A stretch of 54,371 nucleotides of DNA from a virus (taxonomy: Duplodnaviria > Caudoviricetes), in IMG/VR virus record IMGVR_UViG_3300043758_000010, positions 1 through 54,371 of that record. One strand, given 5' to 3'. The position numbers and the translations under genes are program-made. Of the stretch, positions 8,794 through 17,153 are shown one piece after another; within the stretch, counting starts at the first letter, position 1; each line of letters begins with the position of its first letter. The notes under the pieces were generated by a model. It saw nothing but the letters and a program-made list of their open reading frames with translations, did no database searches and was not told the DNA's origin.

Positions 8794-9042
8794 ATGACCG
8801 ACGCCACCACCGCCGCGATCGAGGACGCCACTGCCGCAGTCGCCGCCATCGAAGACCCCGTCGCCCGCTTTGAAGCCGCACGCGCCGAGCGTGCCAAGTA
8901 CGCCGCCGGCGACCGGGCCATGCTCGCCCTCCAGCGCGAGGTCGTCCGCGCGCTTCACGAGCGCGATCGAAGCTGGGCGGAGGTCGGCAAGATGCTGGGG
9001 TTCAGCGGCTCGCGAGCGGAGGCCATCGCACGCGAGCGGTAG
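8794..9042 (+). CDS. Small HTH regulator (candidate Kor-like repressor)
   Basis: C-terminal RSWAEVGKMLGFSGSRAEAIAR HTH; divergent from the transfer operon. Confidence 0.75.
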   Translation: MTDATTAAIEDATAAVAAIEDPVARFEAARAERAKYAAGDRAMLALQREVVRALHERDRSWAEVGKMLGFSGSRAEAIARER

Positions 9043-9092
9043 GGATGTGATCGGCATGGTTCCAGTCAAGCCCGGCGATGACTGTCCGACGA

Positions 9093-9140
9093 TGCACTGC
9101 CGGTGCACCGGCAGTGCAGGGATCATGCAGTAGCTGTGCA
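9093..9140. promoter_or_regulatory. 26-bp perfect palindrome within an 11-bp-phased TGCA array
   Basis: TGCACTGCCGGTGCACCGGCAGTGCA 9093-9118; TGCA at 9093, 9104, 9115, 9126, 9137. Confidence 0.65.
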
Positions 9141-9173
9141 CGTGGCGGGACTTGAGCAGGTGGAGGCCTCAGC

Positions 9174-9809
9174 ATGGAAGTCGTCGAGTCCTGGACGGGC
9201 CGTATGGCCTGCTGGCTCCAGTCCTCACTCCGCCTCGGGAATCAGGCCTTTGCTGACCATCTCGGCGTGGCATTGAGGACGGTGGCCGGTTGGCACGCGC
9301 AGCCCGACCTGGTGCCTCGACACGACATCCAGTCCGCGCTCGACACCGTCTACGAGAAGGCTCCCGCTGCCGTGCATGCTCGCTTCGCGCGCTTCGCCGC
9401 CCAGGTCGAGGTTGCTACCGCTCAGGCCCTTCGGGTTGCCATCGCAGTGGTCGTAAAGACCGGCGAAGTCCTGCTCGTCTGCCGACGGGACGACGGCGCC
9501 CTTTCCTGGCAGTTCCCAGCAGGCGTCGTAAAGCCGGGTGGCGCCGCCGAGGTGGTAGCCGTCCGCGAGACGCTGGCGGAGACCGGCGTGCACTGCTCGG
9601 TCCGGGAACCGCTCGGGTCCCGCCAGCACCCGACGACGGGCGTCCTGGCCACGTACTGGCTGTGCGATCACCTCATGGGCGAGCCCGCGAACCTCGACCC
9701 AGCCGAAAACGCGGAGGCCGCTTTCGTGCCGGTCTCCGATCTGACCCGCTTCATCCCGGCCGCCCGGATCTACCGGCCGGTCCTTGACGCCCTGGGGGTA
9801 TTCGAATGA
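9174..9809 (+). CDS. XRE-like HTH fused to a Nudix domain
   Basis: N-terminal WTGR...FADHLGVALRTVAGW; Nudix box variant GVVKPGGAAEVVAVRETLAETG. Confidence 0.85.
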   Translation: MEVVESWTGRMACWLQSSLRLGNQAFADHLGVALRTVAGWHAQPDLVPRHDIQSALDTVYEKAPAAVHARFARFAAQVEVATAQALRVAIAVVVKTGEVLLVCRRDDGALSWQFPAGVVKPGGAAEVVAVRETLAETGVHCSVREPLGSRQHPTTGVLATYWLCDHLMGEPANLDPAENAEAAFVPVSDLTRFIPAARIYRPVLDALGVFE

Positions 9810-10228
9810 GCGAGACAACGACTGAGCAGGGAATCTCCACGGCGATCATCACGGACGCCGACCGTGTGCTGATGATCAGACGGCGGGAGCGGGAGGGCAA
9901 GCTGCTCTGGGCCTTTCCGGGCGGAGGCATCGAAGAGGGCGAGACGCCCGAGCAGGCCGCAGTGCGGGAGACCGCCGAAGAGGTGGACCTGGAGGTGAAG
10001 GCGGTCCGTTCTCTCGGTGAGCGGGTCCACCCGCAGACCGGCCGGCACATGTCCTACGTCGCCTGCGAGGTCGTGGGCGGCGAAGCCCGGGTCGCTGACG
10101 AGGAGGAGCTGGCCGAGCTCGCCTGGATCCGGTTGGAGGAGATCCCGAACTACGTGCCCTGGGGGCTCTTCGAGCCGGTGCAGGAGTACCTGGACGAGAT
10201 CCTCGCCAGCAATGGGGATGACGCCTGA
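9806..10228 (+). CDS. Nudix hydrolase (MutT-like)
   Basis: Near-canonical Nudix box GGGIEEGETPEQAAVRETAEEVDL. Confidence 0.92.
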   Translation: MSETTTEQGISTAIITDADRVLMIRRREREGKLLWAFPGGGIEEGETPEQAAVRETAEEVDLEVKAVRSLGERVHPQTGRHMSYVACEVVGGEARVADEEELAELAWIRLEEIPNYVPWGLFEPVQEYLDEILASNGDDA

Positions 10229-10242
10229 CCCCGCCCAGCAGT

Positions 10243-10271
10243 GAAGGCCCCCACCATCGGTGGGGGCCTTC
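10243..10271. terminator. Hairpin terminator between convergent genes
   Basis: 13-bp perfect stem GAAGGCCCCCACC/GGTGGGGGCCTTC. Confidence 0.8.
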
Positions 10272-10272
10272 G

Positions 10273-10902
10273 TCATGCCGCGTCTGCTTCGGTCCGCGGC
10301 GGCTGGAGCAGCTCAGCCCGGGTGTGCTGCCGGCCGCAGTGGAGGCAGCCGGCGCTGCCGTCGAAGAGCCCGTATCTGATCGCGTGCCCGCATTCGCGGC
10401 AGGTCCCGCGGACGGTGACGGGCGGCCGGCCGCCGTCGACGAGCGCGGCGCAGGTCCGCTGGATTTCACGTATCTCGCGGGCACATTCGTCCAGGGCCGG
10501 GTGTCGGGTGACGGCCTGCGGAAGGTTGAGTCGAAGGGTGGCGACGGCCTGGTCCACGCGGTGCTGGAGCCGGCCGCCGGTGCCGGTGGCGGCGAGTCCG
10601 TAGGTGGCCCAGTCGGCGACCCAGGCCTCCAGTGTGGAGACGATGCCACCGTCGGCGGTGAGGTCGAGCACGGTGAGGTCGGCGGGGATGGGTGCTCCGC
10701 CGCTGCTGCCGCTGACGCGGGTGCCGGGGGTGCGGGCGCCGGGTTCGATGCGGAGGCAGAGGCGGGCGTAGAGACCGCGGGGGCCGGCGAGGGCGGCGAG
10801 GTGGTCGTCGAGGCGGCGCTGGCAGGGCTTGCATGTGTACCGGCCGAGCTCGTCTTCCCACAGCTCTCTCGCGCAGATGGCACAGTTCGGGGACTCGTTC
10901 AC
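10273..10902 (-). CDS. Cys-rich protein at the end of the early operon (possible late-gene regulator)
   Basis: Four CxxC motifs; position typical of late activators (inference). Confidence 0.6.
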   Translation of the reverse strand: MNESPNCAICARELWEDELGRYTCKPCQRRLDDHLAALAGPRGLYARLCLRIEPGARTPGTRVSGSSGGAPIPADLTVLDLTADGGIVSTLEAWVADWATYGLAATGTGGRLQHRVDQAVATLRLNLPQAVTRHPALDECAREIREIQRTCAALVDGGRPPVTVRGTCRECGHAIRYGLFDGSAGCLHCGRQHTRAELLQPPRTEADAA

Positions 10903-10932
10903 GGTGGCTCCTCGTGCGGCGGTGCGGGCGGG

Positions 10933-11235
10933 TCAGGTGGTGGTCGGGTCGGTGGCGGCGAGCTCCTTGATCACCTGCCGCTTGATCTGGTGCCGGATGC
11001 GGCTGGCCTCGTCGAGGTACGACCGGGCCGCCTGGCGGCTGTCGATGTCAGCGGCCCTACGGTGGAGCTCGTCGAGCTGCTGCTCGATGGCTGCGTCCCG
11101 GCTGATGTGGTGCTCGGTCCACCACAGGACACGGGCGGCGTAGGTGGGCTGTCGGCCGCCGAGGTGCGTGTCGTGGTCGACCAGCCGGTGGGGGCAGTCA
11201 CGGGCGATGGCGTCGCGGAGCGGGTCGCCGGTCAC
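10933..11235 (-). CDS. Hypothetical protein
   Basis: Coupled ORF in early operon. Confidence 0.6.
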   Translation of the reverse strand: MTGDPLRDAIARDCPHRLVDHDTHLGGRQPTYAARVLWWTEHHISRDAAIEQQLDELHRRAADIDSRQAARSYLDEASRIRHQIKRQVIKELAATDPTTT

Positions 11236-11540
11236 TTGCGTTCCTCGCTGCGGCAGCGGGGGCGAAGAAGCCGGACGGCTTCGCGGAGGCCCGTGGCGAC
11301 GCCGGACATCGAGATGGCCCCCTCCTGGGTCCGGTATGTCGTGCCCTCGATCCGCGCGGCTTCGGAGATGAGAGTGTCGAGACTGCGGTTGAGAGCGTCG
11401 TCGGACGCGGCGAGGACGGCGTCCACGACGGCGTCCACGACGGCGGCTTGCCCGTCGACCGGCAGCCAGTAGCCGCCGGCGTTGAGGGCCTGGGCTGCGG
11501 CGTCGAGGGCGCGGTCGCGGGTGGTGGGCTGACTGGTCAC
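11232..11540 (-). CDS. Hypothetical protein
   Basis: GTG start, VTSQPTTRDRAL; coupled. Confidence 0.6.
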   Translation of the reverse strand: MTSQPTTRDRALDAAAQALNAGGYWLPVDGQAAVVDAVVDAVLAASDDALNRSLDTLISEAARIEGTTYRTQEGAISMSGVATGLREAVRLLRPRCRSEERK

Positions 11541-11791
11541 GGCCGGTCCTCCGGGTGCGGGTGGGGCGGGATGGGGAGCCGCGGCGGCAGCCCCTTGAGG
11601 GCGCACTCGGGGCAGGGTCGGCTGTCGGTCTGGCCGGTGCCGTGGCAGTGGGCGCAGGCGAGCTGGTGCAGGTCGGGCCGGTCGCAGCAGGTGCTGAACC
11701 CCCCGTGGCGGGTCGACTCGGTCTCGTCGGAGGCGGGGCAGTAGTAGACGCTCGCGCCGGGCAGGCAATCGTGGGCGGGCTGCCTGGTCAC
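11537..11791 (-). CDS. Cys-rich small protein
   Basis: YYCP...HGGFSTCCD plus CAHCHGTG and CPEC. Confidence 0.6.
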   Translation of the reverse strand: MTRQPAHDCLPGASVYYCPASDETESTRHGGFSTCCDRPDLHQLACAHCHGTGQTDSRPCPECALKGLPPRLPIPPHPHPEDRP

Positions 11792-12048
11792 TGGCCCTCC
11801 TCCAGGACGTAGCCGGTGCGGCGGGGCTGGCCGTCGCCCGTGGTGGCGGTGGCGTGGAGCTGGCTCGCCTCGATGGAGCGGCGGCGCACCTCGCGGCCGG
11901 TTCGGGTCAGGGTGACGACGTCGACCTTCCCGTAGCCCCAGACGCCGGGAATGGTGATCGGGGTGCCGATGACCTTGATGCGGGTCGGGCCGTCGACCGG
12001 GTGGTGGCGGTTGCTGAGGCTGCGATAGATCTGGCCGGGCTTGATCAC
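11788..12048 (-). CDS. Small beta-rich protein (PGQIY type)
   Basis: VIKPGQIYRS...RRTGYVLE. Confidence 0.65.
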   Translation of the reverse strand: MIKPGQIYRSLSNRHHPVDGPTRIKVIGTPITIPGVWGYGKVDVVTLTRTGREVRRRSIEASQLHATATTGDGQPRRTGYVLEEGQ

Positions 12049-12263
12049 AGGTACCTCCGGGGTGGGGTGATGGTGGTGATGTGGATGTCGTCGCCGCCGG
12101 GTGTCCACAGCCTCCCGCTGCCGACCGCCCGGCCGGCTTCGGGTTCGACCCGGCGTTCGCGGAGTTCCCGGAGCCGGTCGGCGGCGTTGGTGCGGGGGCG
12201 CGGTGCCGGGTCTGCCGAGTGGCAGGGCTCCGGCGCCCACAGGGGCAGCTGGTCGGCGGTCAC
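12045..12263 (-). CDS. Hypothetical protein
   Basis: GTG start, coupled. Confidence 0.45.
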   Translation of the reverse strand: MTADQLPLWAPEPCHSADPAPRPRTNAADRLRELRERRVEPEAGRAVGSGRLWTPGGDDIHITTITPPRRYL

Positions 12264-12583
12264 GGAGTGGGGTCCTCGGCGGGGTCGAGGGCGGCTCGGA
12301 CGTGGCGCAGGCAGGTCAGGTAGCCGCCCGCAAGGTCCGGGTCCGTCGCGTTGGCCCTCACTGCGGCCTCGATGCGGTCGCACTCGGCGCGGACGCGGGC
12401 CAGTACGGCTTCGGCTTCGTCGCGCTGACGGCGGAGAGCGCGGATGACGCCCACGCTCTCGGCCAGCTCGGCTTCGGCCTGCTTGGCTCGCTGTTCGGCG
12501 GACGGGGGCTCGGCCTGCCGCTGTTCGCGTTCGTCTGCTGCGCGGCGTGCGGCGCCGATCGGGCCGGGCGGGTAGTCGGTCAT
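12260..12583 (-). CDS. Coiled-coil hypothetical protein
   Basis: AEQRAKQAEAEL...AEAVLARVRAEC. Confidence 0.6.
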   Translation of the reverse strand: MTDYPPGPIGAARRAADEREQRQAEPPSAEQRAKQAEAELAESVGVIRALRRQRDEAEAVLARVRAECDRIEAAVRANATDPDLAGGYLTCLRHVRAALDPAEDPTP

Positions 12584-12975
12584 GGGCGGGCCTCCTCAAC
12601 GGCGGGCGTGTGGGCCTCGTGCTGCGGGCAGTCCCGGTAGTGCCCGGCCGGGACGAAGGCGGGGCCGGCCGAACCGCAGGTGCACTGCGCGGGCGCGGGC
12701 TGCGTTCCGGCCTCCTCGGCGGCGCGGACCTGGTCGGCGAGTTCGTGTGCGGCGTCCTGATCGCCAGCAGCGGCGCGGACTGCGAGGGGCAGTTCCGTCC
12801 ACACGCCGCCCATCCACTCCATGGCCCACTCGTCGCCGCCTGAGCGGGCGCGTTCCATGTCCTCGTGGATGAAGTGCAGGGCGTCGATGAGGGGCTGCTG
12901 AAGCGACTTGAGTTCCTTGATGGCGGCCATCAGGGCGGGGACAGCTTCGGCGGCTGTTGCGTGCGAGAGGGTCAC
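12580..12975 (-). CDS. Hypothetical protein
   Basis: 131 aa, RBS AAGGA. Confidence 0.6.
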   Translation of the reverse strand: MTLSHATAAEAVPALMAAIKELKSLQQPLIDALHFIHEDMERARSGGDEWAMEWMGGVWTELPLAVRAAAGDQDAAHELADQVRAAEEAGTQPAPAQCTCGSAGPAFVPAGHYRDCPQHEAHTPAVEEARP

Positions 12976-13033
12976 GGCAAGTCCTTCCGAGGTTGGGCCG
13001 CCCGCGGTGGTGCGGGCGGCCGAGGGTGGCGGA

Positions 13034-13273
13034 TCAGATGGCGGGCTGCTCGACGGTGAAGCTGATGACGATCGACTCGTCGGTAGTGGTGAACATCAGC
13101 GCATCGTCCGGGAGGGCCACGGCATCGCTGAGGTTGAAGTAGTGCCGGTAGTCCTGGGCGGCGGCGCCGATGGCTGCCTCCATGTCGCCGAGGCAGGCGC
13201 CGCGCAAGTAGGTGGTCGGGATGATCCACTCGCGTCGGGTGCTGGTGATCGTGCGATGGCTGTAGGTGGCCAC
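13034..13273 (-). CDS. Hypothetical protein
   Basis: 79 aa, RBS AAGGAGG. Confidence 0.65.
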   Translation of the reverse strand: MATYSHRTITSTRREWIIPTTYLRGACLGDMEAAIGAAAQDYRHYFNLSDAVALPDDALMFTTTDESIVISFTVEQPAI

Positions 13274-13399
13274 GGGTCCTCCTTGTGCATGTGCGGGTGG
13301 GTTGTTCCGGCGGATCGTTCAGCGGCCTCTGTGAGCCCCTGTCAGGCACCCCGCCTCACTGGGAGGTCGGGGCGCCCTCCGAGAGCCTCAGGCGGGCTC

Positions 13400-13672
13400 T
13401 CAGGCGGTCTGGCGGGGCTGCGGCGGGTCCAGCGGGCGGACCGCCTCCCCTGGAACCAGGCCGGCGGTCAGCGCGATGGCGACTGCGTGAGTCCGGTTCG
13501 CCGCACCGAGGTTGGGGCGAATGAAGGACCGCCACCGCTCATGGATCCCGTACAGGCTGATCCCGGTGGCCTTGCTGATCTCGACATCGGTAGCGCCGTT
13601 CACCGCCAGGCGGACGATCTCGAGGTCTCGAGGAGACAGCCACGGCTGCACCGGCCGGGCGGGCGCGGTCAC
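13400..13672 (-). CDS. LuxR-type C-terminal HTH protein
   Basis: LSPRDLEIVRLAVNGATDVEIS...LGAANRTHAVAIALTAGLV. Confidence 0.85.
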   Translation of the reverse strand: MTAPARPVQPWLSPRDLEIVRLAVNGATDVEISKATGISLYGIHERWRSFIRPNLGAANRTHAVAIALTAGLVPGEAVRPLDPPQPRQTA

Positions 13673-13875
13673 GACTCGGCCCCTTCGCGGCAGTCGCCCC
13701 AGAAGACGCCGTAGCCGTAGTCGTCGGTGTGGGTGTCGCAGCCGTCACCCATCGGCAGGTCGAGGCAGACCCAGAATTCGCCGGTCGGCTGGTGGCGGGG
13801 GTGGTAGCCGTCGGTGCCGTGGGGGCAGTCGCCGGTACCGGTTTCGGCGTAGTACGGGATCGGGCGGTGGGTCAT
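13669..13875 (-). CDS. Small Cys/His protein
   Basis: 68 aa, RBS GGAG. Confidence 0.55.
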   Translation of the reverse strand: MTHRPIPYYAETGTGDCPHGTDGYHPRHQPTGEFWVCLDLPMGDGCDTHTDDYGYGVFWGDCREGAES

Positions 13876-13944
13876 CGGGGTTCTCCGTTCGTGAGAGGCT
13901 CGGTGGGCGCCCGCCCCGCTTCCCTCGGGGCGGGCGTCCTGCTG

Positions 13945-14139
13945 TCAGGCGTCCTTGCGGTAGGCGCGTTCGAGCTGGGCGTTCGTGGCCCAGCGGCCCT
14001 TGCCTACGCGGCGCGTCCCGGTGTCGGCGTTGATGTCGGCGATCCGGACGCGGTCGCCGTCGACCTCGATGACCACGACGCGGGCGCCGGTCACGTAGCG
14101 GGAGATCCAGACGTCGCCGAGGCTGTGCTGGCTGGTCAT
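13945..14139 (-). CDS. Small beta-rich protein (GDVW type)
   Basis: LGDVWISRY...VVVIEVDGDRVRI. Confidence 0.6.
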   Translation of the reverse strand: MTSQHSLGDVWISRYVTGARVVVIEVDGDRVRIADINADTGTRRVGKGRWATNAQLERAYRKDA

Positions 14140-14181
14140 GTGGTGGCCTTTCGGGTAAGGGTTCGGGCGGGCGTCCTGCTG

Positions 14182-15129
14182 TCAGGCGGCGGTGAGGTCG
14201 ACCGCGCAGGCGGCGGCCTTGAGGGCGCGGTACGCGGTCTCGGCCTGGAGGGCGACGACTCCGTTGCCGAGCCGCTTGATCTGCTCGGTGCGCGGCATGT
14301 CGGTGAGGTCGGTGACCCAGCCGGCCGGGTAGCCCATGGCCCATTCGACGAAGGCCGGTGCGAGGCGCTGGTTGCCGCGGGCGTCCGGCGCGGTCGGGGC
14401 GGGGGCGGGCCGGCCGAGGATGGTCTCCCAGCGGCGTATGGCGGGCGCGTAGTCGCGGCCGAGTTCGGGGGCCCGCCACTGGTGGTCGAGGCGGACGGCG
14501 AGGCCGGGCAGGTAGTAGTTGCCCTGGCCGTCGCGCTGGTTGGGGCCGCCGTTGGGGCCGTCGGAGGCCTTGGGGGTGGGCAGCAGCGGGCTGATCTTGG
14601 CGAGTGCGGGCGGGGCCGGCACGTGAGTTGTGATCCCGCGGCCGGGGATGGCGTGGCCGAAGAAGCGGGCCCGGGGCATGGGGGCGCCGACGGCCGAGGC
14701 GTGGGTGACGGTCCAGTGGAGGTCGTAGCCGAGCTCGGCCAGGTGGTCGGCGACGGTGTCGAGGCCGCGGCGGGTCAGCGCGGCGACGTTCTCCAGGAAC
14801 ACCTCGTCGGGCCGGATCGCGGCGATGGCGGCGGCGACGTCCCGCCAGAGGCCGGAGCGGGGGTCGTCGAGACCGAGGCGGTGGCCGTTGTTGCTGATGC
14901 CCTGGCAGGGCCAGCCGGCGATGACCGTGCGGATGTCGTGGTCGCGGGCGATGGCGGCCCAGTCGACGGTGTCGATCCCGCCCAGGTTCGGGACGCCGGG
15001 GAAGCGGGCGGCCATGAGGCGGGAGGCCCAAGGGTCGTTCTCGGCGTACAGGGCGGTGGTGGTGCCGGTGACGGCGTGGACGGCGAGGTCGAGGGCGCCG
15101 GTGCCGGAGCAGAGGCTGAGCAGGGTCAC
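14182..15129 (-). CDS. DNA cytosine-5 methyltransferase
   Basis: Motif I variant LCSGTGALD, catalytic GWPCQ, ENV, RAR, motif X LGNGVV. Confidence 0.92.
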   Translation of the reverse strand: MTLLSLCSGTGALDLAVHAVTGTTTALYAENDPWASRLMAARFPGVPNLGGIDTVDWAAIARDHDIRTVIAGWPCQGISNNGHRLGLDDPRSGLWRDVAAAIAAIRPDEVFLENVAALTRRGLDTVADHLAELGYDLHWTVTHASAVGAPMPRARFFGHAIPGRGITTHVPAPPALAKISPLLPTPKASDGPNGGPNQRDGQGNYYLPGLAVRLDHQWRAPELGRDYAPAIRRWETILGRPAPAPTAPDARGNQRLAPAFVEWAMGYPAGWVTDLTDMPRTEQIKRLGNGVVALQAETAYRALKAAACAVDLTAA

Positions 15130-15392
15130 GTGGTGGCCTTTCGGGGTCGGCGTGATGCCTGTCGGCGGGCGGGGCTGGGGTCGGCGAGCGCGGCGAGGAG
15201 TTCGGCCCGGTGTCGGGCGGCTGCGGCGGGGCTGGTTCGGGGTGTGCGGAGGATGACCGTCGGCCGTCGTCCGGCGCCGAGGCAGTGCTCAGGCAGGCCG
15301 GCGGCGCGGTGAGCGCGGAGGTGGCCGTCGGTGTTGAGGGCCCACTGTCGGCCGCACCAGGCGCACCAGCCGGTCGGGGTGACCGCGGTCAC
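15126..15392 (-). CDS. Small putative zinc-binding protein
   Basis: CAWC...H...C. Confidence 0.55.
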   Translation of the reverse strand: MTAVTPTGWCAWCGRQWALNTDGHLRAHRAAGLPEHCLGAGRRPTVILRTPRTSPAAAARHRAELLAALADPSPARRQASRRPRKATT

Positions 15393-15625
15393 CGGTCGGC
15401 CTCGCCGACGTACCGGTAGCCGGTGCTGATCGGCCGGAAGCGGTCCAGGCGGATCCGGGTGCGGCGGCCAGGCTTGGCGCCGTCATGTCCGGCGCCGCGC
15501 GGAGTTACGAGTTCGACGACGGCGTGTGCGCCGTCAATCTCGACGATCCGGACACGTCGGCCGTAGCCGCGTTTGTCGTTGTCCTGCCAGATCTGGCCGA
15601 CGGCGGGGGTGGGGTTCTCGGTCAT
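15389..15625 (-). CDS. Small beta-rich protein (GQIW type)
   Basis: PAVGQIWQDNDKR...RIVEIDG...STGYRYV. Confidence 0.7.
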   Translation of the reverse strand: MTENPTPAVGQIWQDNDKRGYGRRVRIVEIDGAHAVVELVTPRGAGHDGAKPGRRTRIRLDRFRPISTGYRYVGEADR

Positions 15626-15921
15626 GCGGCGGTCTCCTTGGCTTCGTTGATGCGGTTGGGGTGTACGTCGTCGAGCTCCCGGCCGTTGTCGTGGCAGGGG
15701 GTGCCGGGGGTCACCTGGCAGGTGGTGCAGACGGCGGTGGCGGTGGCCCAGGCGGCGATGCGTGCGGGGCAGGGGGCGAGCTTGGGGTGGCGGCCGGAGA
15801 TGGTGGTGCAGCGGGCGAGGGGTGCGGCGCTGCAGTGGGGGCAGCGGTGGTCGTAGGCGGGGTGCCGGGGGCGGGTGCGGAGGCTGGGCGGCATCGGCGC
15901 GGAGCGGGGGCGGTCGGTCAT
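15622..15921 (-). CDS. Tandem zinc-finger protein
   Basis: Two CxxC-x-P-x-C repeats ending HPNR. Confidence 0.7.
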   Translation of the reverse strand: MTDRPRSAPMPPSLRTRPRHPAYDHRCPHCSAAPLARCTTISGRHPKLAPCPARIAAWATATAVCTTCQVTPGTPCHDNGRELDDVHPNRINEAKETAA

Positions 15922-17153
15922 CGCTGGCCCGCCTTGACCGGCGCCGGGTACTGCCGTACCTGCAGCTCGGCCGGCCAGTCCGCGGGGGTACCGCCCTTGC
16001 GGTCGCTGGCGCTGTTGGCTGTGGCCCAGACGGATCCGAGCTGCTTGACGAAGGTGGCGGCGCCGGCGGCGTGCGCGGTGGCGGCCAGCCCTGCGACCCA
16101 GTCGGGGTTCACGGGTCGGGCGCCGGGTCCGGACTCGCCGCCGATGATCACCCAGTCGATGGGGAGTTCGGTGCGCTTGCGGGCGTGGCTGAAGGACGTG
16201 TAGGCGACCGTGCCGTCGTCGCGGATGAGACGGCCGATGTTGTTCCAGGCGTGGACGTACCGGCCGGTGACCTGCTTGGGGTTGGCTCCGAAGCCGTCGT
16301 CCATGGTGAGGCGGGCCCCGAAGGCGGGTGCCTGCTGCTCGTGCATGTTCCGCATCCAGTCACGCGGGGTGCGGTGCTGGTCAGCGCCCCAAAATCCCTC
16401 GACGGCTTCGCGGACGCTGGCAGGCACCCAGTCGGGCCAGTTCCAGTCGGCCCAGCTAGTGGGAGCCTGCTCGGGCTGGAGCGGTGAGATCGGCGTGAAC
16501 CAGGGGGTGAGGTCGACGGGGCCGAGGAGTGGTTCGCAGGACAGGAACCGCACGGCCGCGGGGGTCTTGATGAGGGCGGGGATGCGGAGGTCGGCTCGCT
16601 TCTGGTCCTCGACCGAGGTGCCGATCCACACGTTCGGGAGGGGCCAGCCGGCGCGGTGGTAGATGCCGTGCTTGAGGCCGGGCACGTAGGTGGGGCTGTG
16701 GGAGGTGGCGGCCCATTCCATGGAGGAGCGGAAGTGTTCGCCCGGGGGGTGTCCGGCTCCGCAGGTGCAGAGGTCGGTGAGGATGCGGGCTGCGCGCTCG
16801 GGGCGCTTGGTGAGGATCTGGTAGGTGTGCTGGGGGGTGGCGGCCATGACGGCGAAGACCTGGGCAAGGAAGTCGCGGGGGACCCTGGCGTGGAACAGGT
16901 CGCTCATGGAGTTCACGAAGATCTTGCGGGGCTTCTTCCACCGGAGGGGTTCCGTGAGGGCGTCCGCGTGGGTGGCGATGCCGAAGCCGGGGCCGGAGGT
17001 GCGGGGGTCGCCGTCGGCCTGGTACTTGGCGGATCCCATGCCCTTGAGGCGCTTGGCCATGGTGAGGGCGTAGCAGTTGTCGCATCCGGGGCTGATGCGG
17101 TCGCATCCGGTGGTGGGGTTCCAGGTCTGCTCGGTCCACTCGATGTTGCTCAC
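15918..17153 (-). CDS. DUF5131 / phage Gp37Gp68 family protein (radical-SAM-like)
   Basis: IEWTEQTWNPTTGCDRISPGCDNCYA, FVNSMSDLFH, QILTKRP, FLSCEPLLG, WVIIGGESG, FVKQLG. Confidence 0.93.
   Translation of the reverse strand: MSNIEWTEQTWNPTTGCDRISPGCDNCYALTMAKRLKGMGSAKYQADGDPRTSGPGFGIATHADALTEPLRWKKPRKIFVNSMSDLFHARVPRDFLAQVFAVMAATPQHTYQILTKRPERAARILTDLCTCGAGHPPGEHFRSSMEWAATSHSPTYVPGLKHGIYHRAGWPLPNVWIGTSVEDQKRADLRIPALIKTPAAVRFLSCEPLLGPVDLTPWFTPISPLQPEQAPTSWADWNWPDWVPASVREAVEGFWGADQHRTPRDWMRNMHEQQAPAFGARLTMDDGFGANPKQVTGRYVHAWNNIGRLIRDDGTVAYTSFSHARKRTELPIDWVIIGGESGPGARPVNPDWVAGLAATAHAAGAATFVKQLGSVWATANSASDRKGGTPADWPAELQVRQYPAPVKAGQR

Noticed and set aside
72-10228. Independent AICE inserted next to the phage
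   Set aside because: No own integrase, excisionase or Rep within the window; not fully excluded because the left end is truncated
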